Positions 1-8,423 of a DNA stretch of 32,000 nt are shown piece after piece. Origin of the DNA: an uncultured Actinomycetota bacterium (GTDB lineage: Bacteria; Actinomycetota; Actinomycetes; Propionibacteriales; Nocardioidaceae); assembly GCA_963706355.1 (NCBI GenBank), contig CAVPLS010000005.1:549898-581897 (forward strand), given 5' to 3'. Below the pieces are notes generated by a model that saw only the letters and a program-made list of their open reading frames with translations, ran no database searches and had not been told where the DNA came from. Position numbers and translations under genes: made by a program. Each line of letters opens with the position of its first letter. Position 1 is the stretch's first letter.

Positions 1-8
1 GTGGGCGC

Positions 9-629
9 ATGGCGTTGCTTCACGAGGCGACAATCTCGCCGCGCAAGGACGAACTTGTCGGTCCCTGGCTACGCACCAGGCCGTGGTGGGACGGTGAGAC
101 CGAACGAGGGCCGGTCGGTACGTTTCGGTTGGACGATCCGGCCGGCGAGGTCGGCATGGAGTGCTTCCTCTTCGGATCCGCGCCTGGGTCGACCTTGTTC
201 GTGCCGGTGACCTACCGCGACGCACCGTTGGCGGGGGCCGAGGCAAGCCTGCTCGGCACCATGCAGCACTCGGTCCTGGGAACCCGCTATGTGTACGACG
301 CCTGCGCGGACCCGGTGTTCGTCGCAACAGTGCTCAGCACGATCCGCTCCGGTGGAAGACAGGCCGACCTGCGTCTGGTGCAAGCCGACGGCACGGAGGT
401 CGACCGCGAGTCCAACGCGACCGCCAAGGGAGCAGGCGTCTCGACCGTGCCCCATCACGACCCGAGCCTGCCGGTGTCCCCGACGGACGAGTCGGATCGC
501 ACCACGATCACTGGCGCTGGCTTCGAGCTCACCGTCATGCGGCGCCTTGGCCGGGCCCCGGAAGGTCCGGCCTTGACCGGAAGCTTCGCGGGCGGCACTG
601 ATCTCCGCCTGGTCATCATTTCCCGCTGA
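9..629 (+). CDS. Maltokinase N-terminal cap-like domain protein (conserved actinobacterial protein of unknown function)
   Basis: 206-aa ORF. The motifs HEATISPRKDELVGPWL..RPWW, FRLDDPAGEVGMECF, VPVTYRDAPL and GTRYVYDA..DPVFV match the family as I remember it. Codon third positions are GC-rich, like the neighbouring genes. Confidence 0.65.
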   Translation: MALLHEATISPRKDELVGPWLRTRPWWDGETERGPVGTFRLDDPAGEVGMECFLFGSAPGSTLFVPVTYRDAPLAGAEASLLGTMQHSVLGTRYVYDACADPVFVATVLSTIRSGGRQADLRLVQADGTEVDRESNATAKGAGVSTVPHHDPSLPVSPTDESDRTTITGAGFELTVMRRLGRAPEGPALTGSFAGGTDLRLVIISR

Positions 630-730
630 CCGTCTCCGCCGCCGTTGAGTCCCGATTCCATTCCTCCCCGGGCGGCAGCCGGACGCACTATTCGGTTGCC
701 AGGCCCTAGCCACGCTGAAATGCTCGCGAC

Positions 731-1063
731 ATGCCACTCAGCGAGGTGGGCCCGCCGTTCGATCAGTTCCTGGCAACCGCAGAGGCAGTTATCCAGGCCC
801 GGCCGGACGTGGATCCCGAGATGGCTCGTGAGGTGTTTCGAGAGGCGGCGACTCTGCTCGACAACGGCCTTGCCCTCGACGGCCTGGACGAACACGACGC
901 AAGCGCGGTGGTCGCTGGGCTCTGCGTCGATCTGGTTGCTGTGGATCCCGGCGCCGCGGTGCGTGCGCGTTCCCAGACGACGTTGGATGCTCCGGAAGAT
1001 CTGCACGACCCAGAAGGTGTGTCCGCTGCCTACCTCATCGCGGCAGCGATCTTCCAGCTGTGA
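731..1063 (+). CDS. Hypothetical acidic protein
   Basis: 110-aa ORF with an ATG start and no recognisable domain. By eye it has more A/T at codon third positions than its neighbours. It ends 1 nt before the convergent oxidoreductase gene. Confidence 0.4.
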   Translation: MPLSEVGPPFDQFLATAEAVIQARPDVDPEMAREVFREAATLLDNGLALDGLDEHDASAVVAGLCVDLVAVDPGAAVRARSQTTLDAPEDLHDPEGVSAAYLIAAAIFQL

Positions 1064-1064
1064 A

Positions 1065-2366
1065 TCAACCCATGACGTTGGACGGAGCGTCGCTGTCGAC
1101 ACGGCGCAGTCGCGAGTACGTCGCCAGCGCCAACGGATGCCCGGTCCGGGGCGCGGTCCACACCAGAGGATCACGATCGTGGTCGTGGCCGCTCTCCACC
1201 GCGGCGACCAGGGCCGCCATCAGCTGCCCGACCACCGGGGCGTTCTTGAACTGGTTCCCACTTGTGCCCATCGCGACGTAGTACCCAGGAAGCGCCGTCC
1301 GGTCGTAGATCGGCGCCCAATCGGTCGACACGTCGTAGACCCCCACGATCCCCGTCGGCCGGCTGGGGACCGCCAGGTCGCGCACCCGACGCGCGGCCCG
1401 CAGGGCCTGCGCCTCGTACGTCGCCGCGGTGACCTGCTGGCCTGCGTCCTCGGGCCTGACAAGCCACTCCAGCGGGTCGCACTCGGGCTCCATCCCACCG
1501 ACCAGGATCCCTCCCGGCGTCGGGCGCAGGTACACACCCAGGTCGGGATCCGCGAGCGCCAACGTCAATCCCTCATCGCCGGTTACGGGTAGCCGGTGCA
1601 CCTCCTGGCGAAGCGGCCGCGACGTCACAGCGAAATCGGCGCCTGCACCCGCTAGCGCGTTGACGGCGCCGGACCAGGGGCCAGCGGCGTTGACCACCAC
1701 ATCGCAGTCGATCTCGTCCGTCCCGTCCCCGTGCCGAGTGTGGACCCGCCAGCGCCGCGAGCCCGCGGACTCGAGCCTGGTGACCTCGTGACGGAGATGG
1801 AACAGCGCCCCGTGGAGACGCGCTGCCGTGGCCAGGTTGTGCGCAGCCAACATGGCGTCGTCCACGTATCCGGCATCCGGCGTCCACGTTCCGCCGAGCT
1901 CGCCCTGAGCGGGGGCGAAGAACTCATCCGACGCAACCGGCTTCGGTGGCCCGTATGCACCGACGTCGAGTACCGGCGCCCGCCTTCGAACCTCGTCGGC
2001 CGACCAACGCTCCCACGGCACACCGACGGCGTCGAAGTGAGCGGTGATCGCGGCCGACGCCGCCGGGTCCCGCTCGAGAACGAGCATGCCCGTGCGCACG
2101 AAGGCGGCCAGCCCGTCGGGGTCATCGTGCACGAGGTGCCCGCGCCAGTCCTGCCAGCAATGGCGGGCCTCCCACGCCAACGCGACGGCGGTCCGCGTGG
2201 AGTAGTGGAATCGGACGATGGCGCTCGAGGCACTGGTCGAGCCGTGCCCGATGCCGCCTGCCTTGTCGACGACCAGGACGCTGCGCCCAGCACGGGCCAG
2301 CTCCAGTGCGATCGCCGCTCCGATCACCCCGGCACCGACCACGACAGCGTCCGCGGTCCTCGTCAC
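1065..2366 (-). CDS. FAD-dependent oxidoreductase (DAO / sarcosine-oxidase-beta-like family)
   Basis: 433 aa. The N-terminal Rossmann motif is VVVGAGVIGAAIALELARAG..VLVVDK. Length and overall pattern fit the DAO family. Confidence 0.88.
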   Translation of the reverse strand: MTRTADAVVVGAGVIGAAIALELARAGRSVLVVDKAGGIGHGSTSASSAIVRFHYSTRTAVALAWEARHCWQDWRGHLVHDDPDGLAAFVRTGMLVLERDPAASAAITAHFDAVGVPWERWSADEVRRRAPVLDVGAYGPPKPVASDEFFAPAQGELGGTWTPDAGYVDDAMLAAHNLATAARLHGALFHLRHEVTRLESAGSRRWRVHTRHGDGTDEIDCDVVVNAAGPWSGAVNALAGAGADFAVTSRPLRQEVHRLPVTGDEGLTLALADPDLGVYLRPTPGGILVGGMEPECDPLEWLVRPEDAGQQVTAATYEAQALRAARRVRDLAVPSRPTGIVGVYDVSTDWAPIYDRTALPGYYVAMGTSGNQFKNAPVVGQLMAALVAAVESGHDHDRDPLVWTAPRTGHPLALATYSRLRRVDSDAPSNVMG

Positions 2367-2400
2367 GCCGACACCCTACGGCGCGGGCCTCGTTCGCGGA

Positions 2401-2811
2401 TCAGTTGATGATGTCGCCCCGGTCATCCGCGAGGATCGCCGCCAGCCGCTCGCGCCACGCCTGGAGCGCCTCGGGAGGTAGCCGTGTCCAGTCGGCCACC
2501 TCACCGACGACCCGGAGTGGTTCCCTGCTGCGGTAGGACCGGGTGGGGTTACCGGGGAACTTCTTGTCCGTCACGTTCGGGTCGTCCTCGAACGGCCCTG
2601 TTGGCTGAACGGCGTACACGCGCGGAGCGCTCTCGCCCGCCGCGAGCTCCGCGGCGAGGCCGGCACCGTCAGGCAGCGCGGTGAAGTAGATGTGGTTCAT
2701 CACGACCTCGGGCCGGTAGTTCGACCGGAAGCCCGCCGTGAGGAGATCGCCCACCCGCAGATCGGCTTTCGTGCCGTGAAAGAACGGCCCCTCGTCCAGC
2801 ACGTCACTCAC
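2401..2811 (-). CDS. arr: NAD(+)--rifampin ADP-ribosyltransferase (Arr)
   Basis: 136 aa with a GTG start. GPFFHGTKADLRVGDLLTAGF, HIYFTAL, QPTGPFEDDPNVTDKKFPGNPTRSYRSREPLRVVGEV closely parallel M. smegmatis Arr (GPFYHGTKANLAIGDLLTTGF, EPTGPFEDDPNLTNKRFPGNPTQSYRTCEPLRIVG). Confidence 0.92.
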   Translation of the reverse strand: MSDVLDEGPFFHGTKADLRVGDLLTAGFRSNYRPEVVMNHIYFTALPDGAGLAAELAAGESAPRVYAVQPTGPFEDDPNVTDKKFPGNPTRSYRSREPLRVVGEVADWTRLPPEALQAWRERLAAILADDRGDIIN

Positions 2812-2821
2812 CGCCCCCCGA

Positions 2822-3394
2822 TCAGAGAGGGATGGCGCGACCCGCCGCGGCCATCAGGCGCTCGGTGTCCGTGGCGTCGGCAGGCGGCTCGGTCGGCGGC
2901 TTGACCAGTCCCAGCTCGATCGTGTGGTCGGTGCAGGTGAGCGCGACGACGTCCGCCATCGCAGGGATCGTCTCGGCAGGGAACTCGATCGCGCGGCCGA
3001 GGCTGGCGGAAAGGTCCCAGGCGTGGGCGGCGGCGTCGATGATCGCGAAGTCAACGACCACAGCCCCGGGCAGGACGCCGAAGGGGGTGTCGTGCTGCGC
3101 GGTCAGCACGCCGTCGCCATGCCACAGCCCCAGAACCCGGGCAGAGATCTCGTCGGCGATCGGCGCCAGGTCGCCGTCGTACGGGACCGCGCCCATCGAC
3201 TCCTCCAGGGGCATGAGTTGCTGGTTGGTGACACTGCCTGCCCAGAACAGCTGGTTCTTCAGCGCGTGGCTGGCCAGGCGGCGGACCGTCCACGGCGGGC
3301 AGTTCGTGAGGTCGTCCATCTCCGACGCGTCGAGGCCGTGGATGACGCTGTTCAACAGGCCCTCGGCGTGCGTCAGGAGCACCAAGTGGTCCAT
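2822..3394 (-). CDS. DinB-like / TIGR03086-family metal-binding protein (mycothiol-dependent isomerase N-terminal-like fold)
   Basis: The ORF runs 2822-3427. I prefer the internal ATG at 3394 (MDHLVLLTHAEG...), which has a purine-rich GAGAGAGAG just upstream. CPPWTVRRLASH, AHAWDL and the C-terminal TERLMAAAGR fit the family pattern. Its stop lies 10 nt before the arr start, so the two are probably an operon. Confidence 0.78.
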   Translation of the reverse strand: MDHLVLLTHAEGLLNSVIHGLDASEMDDLTNCPPWTVRRLASHALKNQLFWAGSVTNQQLMPLEESMGAVPYDGDLAPIADEISARVLGLWHGDGVLTAQHDTPFGVLPGAVVVDFAIIDAAAHAWDLSASLGRAIEFPAETIPAMADVVALTCTDHTIELGLVKPPTEPPADATDTERLMAAAGRAIPL

Positions 3395-3451
3395 CGCGCA
3401 CTCTCTCTCGTCCTGTGCCTGATTCAACCACGCGTCACGATCCGACGAGCT

Positions 3452-3470
3452 GGCTCAAGCGGCTTGGGCC
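3452..3470. promoter_or_regulatory. 19-bp imperfect palindrome (candidate operator, possibly a rifamycin-associated-element-like site)
   Basis: GGCTCAAGC-G-GCTTGGGCC has one arm mismatch. It lies in the divergent intergenic region, about 58 nt upstream of the DinB-like/arr operon start and 37 nt upstream of the LuxR gene. Confidence 0.35.
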
Positions 3471-3506
3471 ATGGGCGAGTGACGGCATCGGTGCCAGACT
3501 GATCGG

Positions 3507-5888
3507 GTGAGCGTGCAGGGCGGCCGCGGCAACCTGCCGCGGTCAACGACCACTCTCGTCGGGCGCGCGCAAGCCCTGCCGGAGGTCGTCGCCCTGGTCC
3601 GCTCCCGACCGCTGGTGACCCTGAGCGGGGTGGGAGGCGTCGGGAAGACGCGGCTCGCCCTCGCTGTCGGTGCCGAGCTCGCGGAGGAGTTCACGGACGG
3701 CGTGTGGCTGGTCGAGCTGGCGCCCGTAGCCGACGGCGACGCGGTCCCCGACGCGATCGCCACCGCCCTGGGTGTCACCCCGCAAGGCGGTGCTCGCGTC
3801 ATCGACGCCGTGGCCGAGGCCCTGGCCGGACGTCGCGTGCTGGTGGTGATCGACAACTGCGAGCACGTGCTCCCTGCGGCCGCGGAGGCCATCACCGAGA
3901 TCCTGGCCCGTTCCGAGGTCCCTCACGTCCTCGCGACGTCGCGAGAGCACCTGCGCGCGCCGGGCGAGGCCCTCCTCACCGTGTCCCCACTGGCCGTCGC
4001 CGGCGTCACCTCCGACGCGGTGACACTCTTCGCCGAGCGGGCCCAAGCGGTACGGCCCGGGTTCGGGATCTTCGACGAGCAGACGGCGGATGCAGTGATC
4101 CGGATCTGCGAGACGCTGGACGGGCTGCCGCTCGGCATCGAGCTGGCCGCCGCGCGGATGGCAGCCATGAGCGCGGTCGAGGTGTGCGACCGGCTCGATC
4201 AACGGCTCCGGCTGCTGACCGGGCCCGAGCTGGGGCCAGATCGTCAGGCGACGTTGCGGGACGCGGTGGCCTGGTCCTACGACCTCTTGGACGACGACGA
4301 GCGCGCGACCTTGCGCACGGCGTCCGTGTTCGCGGGCGGCTTCGACCTGCCCGCCCTGTACGACGTCAGCGAGGCGACCGACGACCTCGACGTGCTGCGG
4401 GACCTGGACTCGTTGGTGCGCAAGTCCCTCGTCATCGCGCACCACGACTCCGCGCGGACCCGGTACAGCCTCTTCGAGACCATCCGGGCGTTCACCGACG
4501 AGCAGCTCGAAGGCGACGACCGCGAGACCGCCCGCGATCGGCACGCGGCGTACTACGCGGAGGAGGCGGTCCGCCGGTGGGAGCGCTGGAACGGCCACGA
4601 GTGGCGGGACCAGGTCGACTGGGTGCAGCGGGAACTGGCGAACCTGCGGTCGGCGTACCGGTGGAGCCTCGACCGCGGTCACGTCGAGACCGCCACGGAC
4701 GTCGCGGCCCACGCCGCGCTGATGGGGTTCTCCGTCGAGCTCTTCGAGACCATCGGGTGGGCCGAGACCGTGCTCCCGGTCGCGGACACGGCCGATACCC
4801 GGCGGCTCCCGCGCCTGTACGCCGCGGCCGGGTACGCCTGCTTCGTGGGCCGGGCCGAGGTGGCGAGTGCGAACGCGCACCGCGCCACCGAGCTGGAGAG
4901 CCGGGACGGCTACGAGTCCTGCGAGCCGGGCTACGCGACCTTCATCGAGGCTCTCGGTCAGGTCTACAGCGGGAATCTGGCCCGGTACGTCGAGCTGACC
5001 CGCGAGGTCGCGGCGATGCCGGGCCCGGGACAGGCGTACGGGATCGCCGCGTACGTCGACGGGCTGCAGTCGGCCGGCCGGGTCGAGGAAGCGCTGCAGC
5101 TCACGGAGTCAGCAGTGACGGCGGCGCGCGACCTGGGCAATCCCTACTGGCTCGCGTACACCCTGTGGATCGTGGGTCTGGCGTACTCGAAGGCGGACCC
5201 GCAACGTGCCCTGACCGTCTGGGACGAGGGCACCGCCGTCGTCGCCGAGCACGGTGTGCGGTTCTTCGAAGGCTTCATGTCACGCGACGCTGCACTCCTG
5301 CACACGTCTCACGGGCAGGTGGAGAGTGCCCTCGCACTCTTCGACACCTCGATCGAGGCGTTCCTGCGCTCGGGTGCCGTCGCACAACTGGTCATCACCT
5401 TGGCCAGCCTTCCGGCCCTGCTCGAACGGCTCGACCAGCCCGGCGCCGCGCGCATCCTGTTGGCCGCGGTCGCCAACCATCCGGCAAGCTTTCACCACGT
5501 CCCGACGCTCGCCGAGCTGAGCACGCGGCTCGATGCCAGGCTCGGCCGCGAGGCCGCGACGAGGTACGCCGCCACAGGTGGAGCCTTCGACCTCCCTGAT
5601 GCCGCGGCCTACGCCCTGCACCGGATCGACGTGGCTCGCAAGGCTCTCGCCACGGCCTCCGGCGATGGACAGGGGGGACTCACTGCGCGGGAGTCACAAG
5701 TGCTCCGGCTGATCGCGGACGGGGCCACGACCCGCGAGGTGTCCGAGCAGCTGTTCATCTCGGCGAAGACCGCCGGCAACCACATACAGCACATCTACAC
5801 GAAGCTCGACGTGACCAACCGCGCAGAGGCCACCCGGTGGGCCATCGACCATGACGTCCTCGGTCCTCCCGACGCCGACGAAGGCTGA
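3507..5888 (+). CDS. LuxR-family transcriptional regulator with N-terminal STAND/AAA ATPase and TPR-like middle region
   Basis: 793 aa. The Walker A motif is LSGVGGVGKTRLA. A long helical repeat region follows. The C-terminal HTH is LTARESQVLRLIADGATTREVSEQLFISAKTAGNHIQHIYTKL. Confidence 0.9.
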   Translation: MSVQGGRGNLPRSTTTLVGRAQALPEVVALVRSRPLVTLSGVGGVGKTRLALAVGAELAEEFTDGVWLVELAPVADGDAVPDAIATALGVTPQGGARVIDAVAEALAGRRVLVVIDNCEHVLPAAAEAITEILARSEVPHVLATSREHLRAPGEALLTVSPLAVAGVTSDAVTLFAERAQAVRPGFGIFDEQTADAVIRICETLDGLPLGIELAAARMAAMSAVEVCDRLDQRLRLLTGPELGPDRQATLRDAVAWSYDLLDDDERATLRTASVFAGGFDLPALYDVSEATDDLDVLRDLDSLVRKSLVIAHHDSARTRYSLFETIRAFTDEQLEGDDRETARDRHAAYYAEEAVRRWERWNGHEWRDQVDWVQRELANLRSAYRWSLDRGHVETATDVAAHAALMGFSVELFETIGWAETVLPVADTADTRRLPRLYAAAGYACFVGRAEVASANAHRATELESRDGYESCEPGYATFIEALGQVYSGNLARYVELTREVAAMPGPGQAYGIAAYVDGLQSAGRVEEALQLTESAVTAARDLGNPYWLAYTLWIVGLAYSKADPQRALTVWDEGTAVVAEHGVRFFEGFMSRDAALLHTSHGQVESALALFDTSIEAFLRSGAVAQLVITLASLPALLERLDQPGAARILLAAVANHPASFHHVPTLAELSTRLDARLGREAATRYAATGGAFDLPDAAAYALHRIDVARKALATASGDGQGGLTARESQVLRLIADGATTREVSEQLFISAKTAGNHIQHIYTKLDVTNRAEATRWAIDHDVLGPPDADEG

Positions 5889-5940
5889 CCCCCCAGCGAC
5901 AGCGAACGTCAGGAGGCGAGCGGGGAGATGGGGACCCGAA

Positions 5941-5958
5941 ATGAGGAGATCTCCTCAT
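5941..5958. promoter_or_regulatory. 18-bp perfect palindrome ATGAGGAGATCTCCTCAT
   Basis: Read directly from the sequence. It lies 53 nt after the LuxR stop codon and about 100 nt upstream of the small ORF at 6059. It could be a dimeric-regulator operator or a 7-bp-stem hairpin, and no U-tract follows. Confidence 0.5.
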
Positions 5959-6058
5959 GTGCCGGACCCGGCTCACGGCGCAGGATTCCGATCAAGCCGG
6001 CCTCGAGGGCTGGGACGGACCCGGGGATCCAATCCCTGCTACGCAAGGAGATAGAGCG

Positions 6059-6331
6059 ATGATCCTGGCAACGACAACTGTGAAGGAACTGGACCACTTC
6101 CTGGACATCTTCGGCACCAAGGGCGCCGAAAAGCGCATCACCCACGGCTGCAAGGGCTCGGTCGTCTACCGCGACCCGGTCGAGGAGAACCGCGTCTGGG
6201 CGGTGTTCGACTGGGACGAGGAGGGCTGGACCGCCTTCGCCACCGACCCCGAGACACCCGGCATCATGCAGGAGGCCGGCCACCTGGGCCGCCCCTCCCT
6301 GGGCCAGTTCCTGGGCACCTTCCCGGGCTAG
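6059..6331 (+). CDS. Small hypothetical protein (about 90 aa, possibly an ABM/Dabb-like alpha+beta barrel)
   Basis: An internal ATG at 6059 is preceded by AAGGAG about 9 nt upstream. The sequence MILATTTVKELDHFLDIFGTKGAEKR..VWAVFDWDEEGW resembles small cyclase/ABM-like proteins. The longer ORF from 5957 has an implausible N-terminus. Confidence 0.55.
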   Translation: MILATTTVKELDHFLDIFGTKGAEKRITHGCKGSVVYRDPVEENRVWAVFDWDEEGWTAFATDPETPGIMQEAGHLGRPSLGQFLGTFPG

Positions 6332-6420
6332 GGCTCAGGAGCCCGACGAAGGATGGCGGCGGGGACGGAGAACCATCTCCGGTCCCGTCGCCGCGATGTG
6401 CTGGGAACCCCAGCAGTGGG

Positions 6421-7926
6421 TCAGCTCGGGCTGGACCTCGTGACGAAGGCGGCGATGTCCTTGCTCTGCTTGACCCGCGACGGCTCGTGGACGTACATCA
6501 TGTGCCCGGCCTCGTAGTAGTGGTGCTCGATGTTCGCGCGCAGCTCGTCGGTCAGGTTGAGGTGCGCGATCACGTCCTCGGCCGCGAAGTGCGGCGTCGC
6601 ACCGTCGTAGTAGCCGTAGGCCACGTGCACCTTGAGGTGCGGGTTGGCCCGCATCGCCCGCTCCAGCTTGGGCGTCACGTCGATCGGCCGGCCCTCGAAG
6701 TCCTTGAACGACCACGGGTTCACCCGCCGCGAGATCTGCTCGTAGGGCAGGTCGTTCTCGTAGCCCAGCTCGTCGCGCACGTAGTGGTTGAACGCCGCCG
6801 CGTAGGGTCCCGAGATCGCGTCGTGCGAGGGGTCGGCGTCCATCTCCTCCGCGATGGCCGACGCCATCGGGCCGCTGAAGCGCGCGTCGAGCCGGCCCGT
6901 CGTACGCCGTTCGTCGCGCAGCAGCTCGCCGAAGAACCGCCAGTGCTCGATGCGCAGGTTCGCGCGGTCGACGTAGTCCTCGGACAGACCGGTCAGGGAG
7001 GCGAGCTTCTTCACGGCCGCCGCGCGCTCCTTGGCGGTCAGCCGGTTGCCGCGCGAGAGCACCCACGGGTAGTCGCGGGCGGCGTACTCCTCGGCGTCCG
7101 CGACCACCGCCTTCAGCGACCGCCTGCCCAGCCGCCCGTGGTAGTGCGCCACCGCTGCGTACGTCGGGAGGTAGAGCGCGTAGGCCCGGTCGTTCTTGGT
7201 CTGGTTCTCGAAGTCGATGGACGACAGGTCGAGGACGCTGGAGATGAGGATCAGCCCGTTGATGTACATGCCGTACCTGGTCTGCAGGTGCTCGGCCAGC
7301 GCGGCGCCGCGCAGCGTGCCGTAGGACTCCCCGGCCACGAACTTCGGCGACATCCAGCGCTTGTGGCGCGACGTCCAGATCCGGATCAGCTCGGCGACGG
7401 AGTCGATGTCGCCCTGGTAGCCGTGGAACGGCTCGGCCTTGGTGCCCTCGACCACGCGGGAGTAGCCGGTCGACACCGGGTCGATGAACACCAGGTCGCT
7501 GACGGCCAGCAGGGACTCGGGGTTGTCGGCCAGCTCGTACGGCGGCGGGAGCAGCGCGCCCACGTCGCCCATCAGCACCCGTCGCGGCCCGAACAGGCCG
7601 AGGTGCAGCCACACGCTGGAGCTGCCGGGGCCGCCGTTGAACGCGAACGTCACGGGCCGGTTGGGGGAGCCGCCCTCGACGACGTACGACGTCACCGACA
7701 TCTCGGCCTTGGCCTTGAAGCCGGTGAACTTGCCGTCCTCGTAGACCTCGTCGCGCAGCACCACGCGACCGGTCGTCGCGGTGTAGTCGAGGGTCTTGCG
7801 ACCGACCCGCAGGTGATGCTTGGTGGCCACCACGTCGTCGGTCGGCTCGGCGGGCTTGGTGTCCACCTTGGGGGTGTCGGTCGATGTCTTCTCGGGAGCA
7901 GTCTTCTCGTCAGCCACGGACCCCAC
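6421..7926 (-). CDS. Peptidase S10 (serine carboxypeptidase family)
   Basis: 501 aa with a GTG start. It carries FNGGPGSSSVWLHLGLFGP and the catalytic-serine context AGESYG. The length is typical of bacterial S10 peptidases. Confidence 0.88.
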   Translation of the reverse strand: MGSVADEKTAPEKTSTDTPKVDTKPAEPTDDVVATKHHLRVGRKTLDYTATTGRVVLRDEVYEDGKFTGFKAKAEMSVTSYVVEGGSPNRPVTFAFNGGPGSSSVWLHLGLFGPRRVLMGDVGALLPPPYELADNPESLLAVSDLVFIDPVSTGYSRVVEGTKAEPFHGYQGDIDSVAELIRIWTSRHKRWMSPKFVAGESYGTLRGAALAEHLQTRYGMYINGLILISSVLDLSSIDFENQTKNDRAYALYLPTYAAVAHYHGRLGRRSLKAVVADAEEYAARDYPWVLSRGNRLTAKERAAAVKKLASLTGLSEDYVDRANLRIEHWRFFGELLRDERRTTGRLDARFSGPMASAIAEEMDADPSHDAISGPYAAAFNHYVRDELGYENDLPYEQISRRVNPWSFKDFEGRPIDVTPKLERAMRANPHLKVHVAYGYYDGATPHFAAEDVIAHLNLTDELRANIEHHYYEAGHMMYVHEPSRVKQSKDIAAFVTRSSPS

Positions 7927-7993
7927 CTTAGGGTCTACCGCTGTCGGCGTGGTGAGGACACAATCGGAGGTCCACCACGGAGGAGGCCCTCAG

Positions 7994-8416
7994 ATGACCA
8001 GCAAGCTCAACCCCTACCTCGGGTTCCGGGACAACGCCAAGGACGCGATGGAGTTCTACCACTCCGTGTTCGGCGGTGAGCTGAACGTCAGCACGTTCGG
8101 CGAGCTCCAGGCCAGCGAGGACCCCGCCGAGGCCGACAAGATCATGCACGCGCAGCTCGAGACCACCAGCGGCTACACGCTGATGGGCGCGGACACCCCG
8201 AACAGCATGGAGTTCGCCCCCAGCAGCAACCACTCGGTGTCGCTGAGCGGCGCCAGCGAGGACGGGGACGAGCTGAGCGGCTACTTCGACAAGCTGTCCG
8301 ACGGCGGCACCGTCGCGATGCCGCTCGAGCAGGCCCCCTGGGGCGACAAGTTCGGCATGGTCATCGACAAGTTCGGCGTGCAGTGGCTGGTGAACATCGC
8401 CGGGCCCACGTCCTGA
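7994..8416 (+). CDS. VOC-family protein (PhnB-like glyoxalase fold)
   Basis: An ATG at 7994 follows GGAGGAGG. MTSKLNPYLGFRDNAKDAMEFYHSVFGG..., PWGDKFGMVIDKFGVQWLVN are typical of PhnB-like proteins. The upstream part of ORF 7820 is antisense to the peptidase gene. Confidence 0.85.
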   Translation: MTSKLNPYLGFRDNAKDAMEFYHSVFGGELNVSTFGELQASEDPAEADKIMHAQLETTSGYTLMGADTPNSMEFAPSSNHSVSLSGASEDGDELSGYFDKLSDGGTVAMPLEQAPWGDKFGMVIDKFGVQWLVNIAGPTS

Positions 8417-8423
8417 CCGCGTC

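Noticed and set aside
3507-5888. The STAND/NB-ARC ATPase next to arr as a possible Avs/NLR-like antiphage sensor
   Set aside because: The C-terminus is a canonical LuxR/FixJ-type HTH rather than a nuclease, protease or TIR effector. The overall architecture (ATPase + TPR + LuxR HTH) is the very common actinobacterial large transcriptional regulator class.
6332-6420. Small GC-rich inverted repeats (GGGCTC-AG-GAGCCC, CTGGG-AAC-CCCAG) between the convergent small ORF and the peptidase gene as terminators
   Set aside because: The stems are short (5-6 bp), the loops are too tight (2-3 nt), and there are no U-tracts. This is not sufficient to call.
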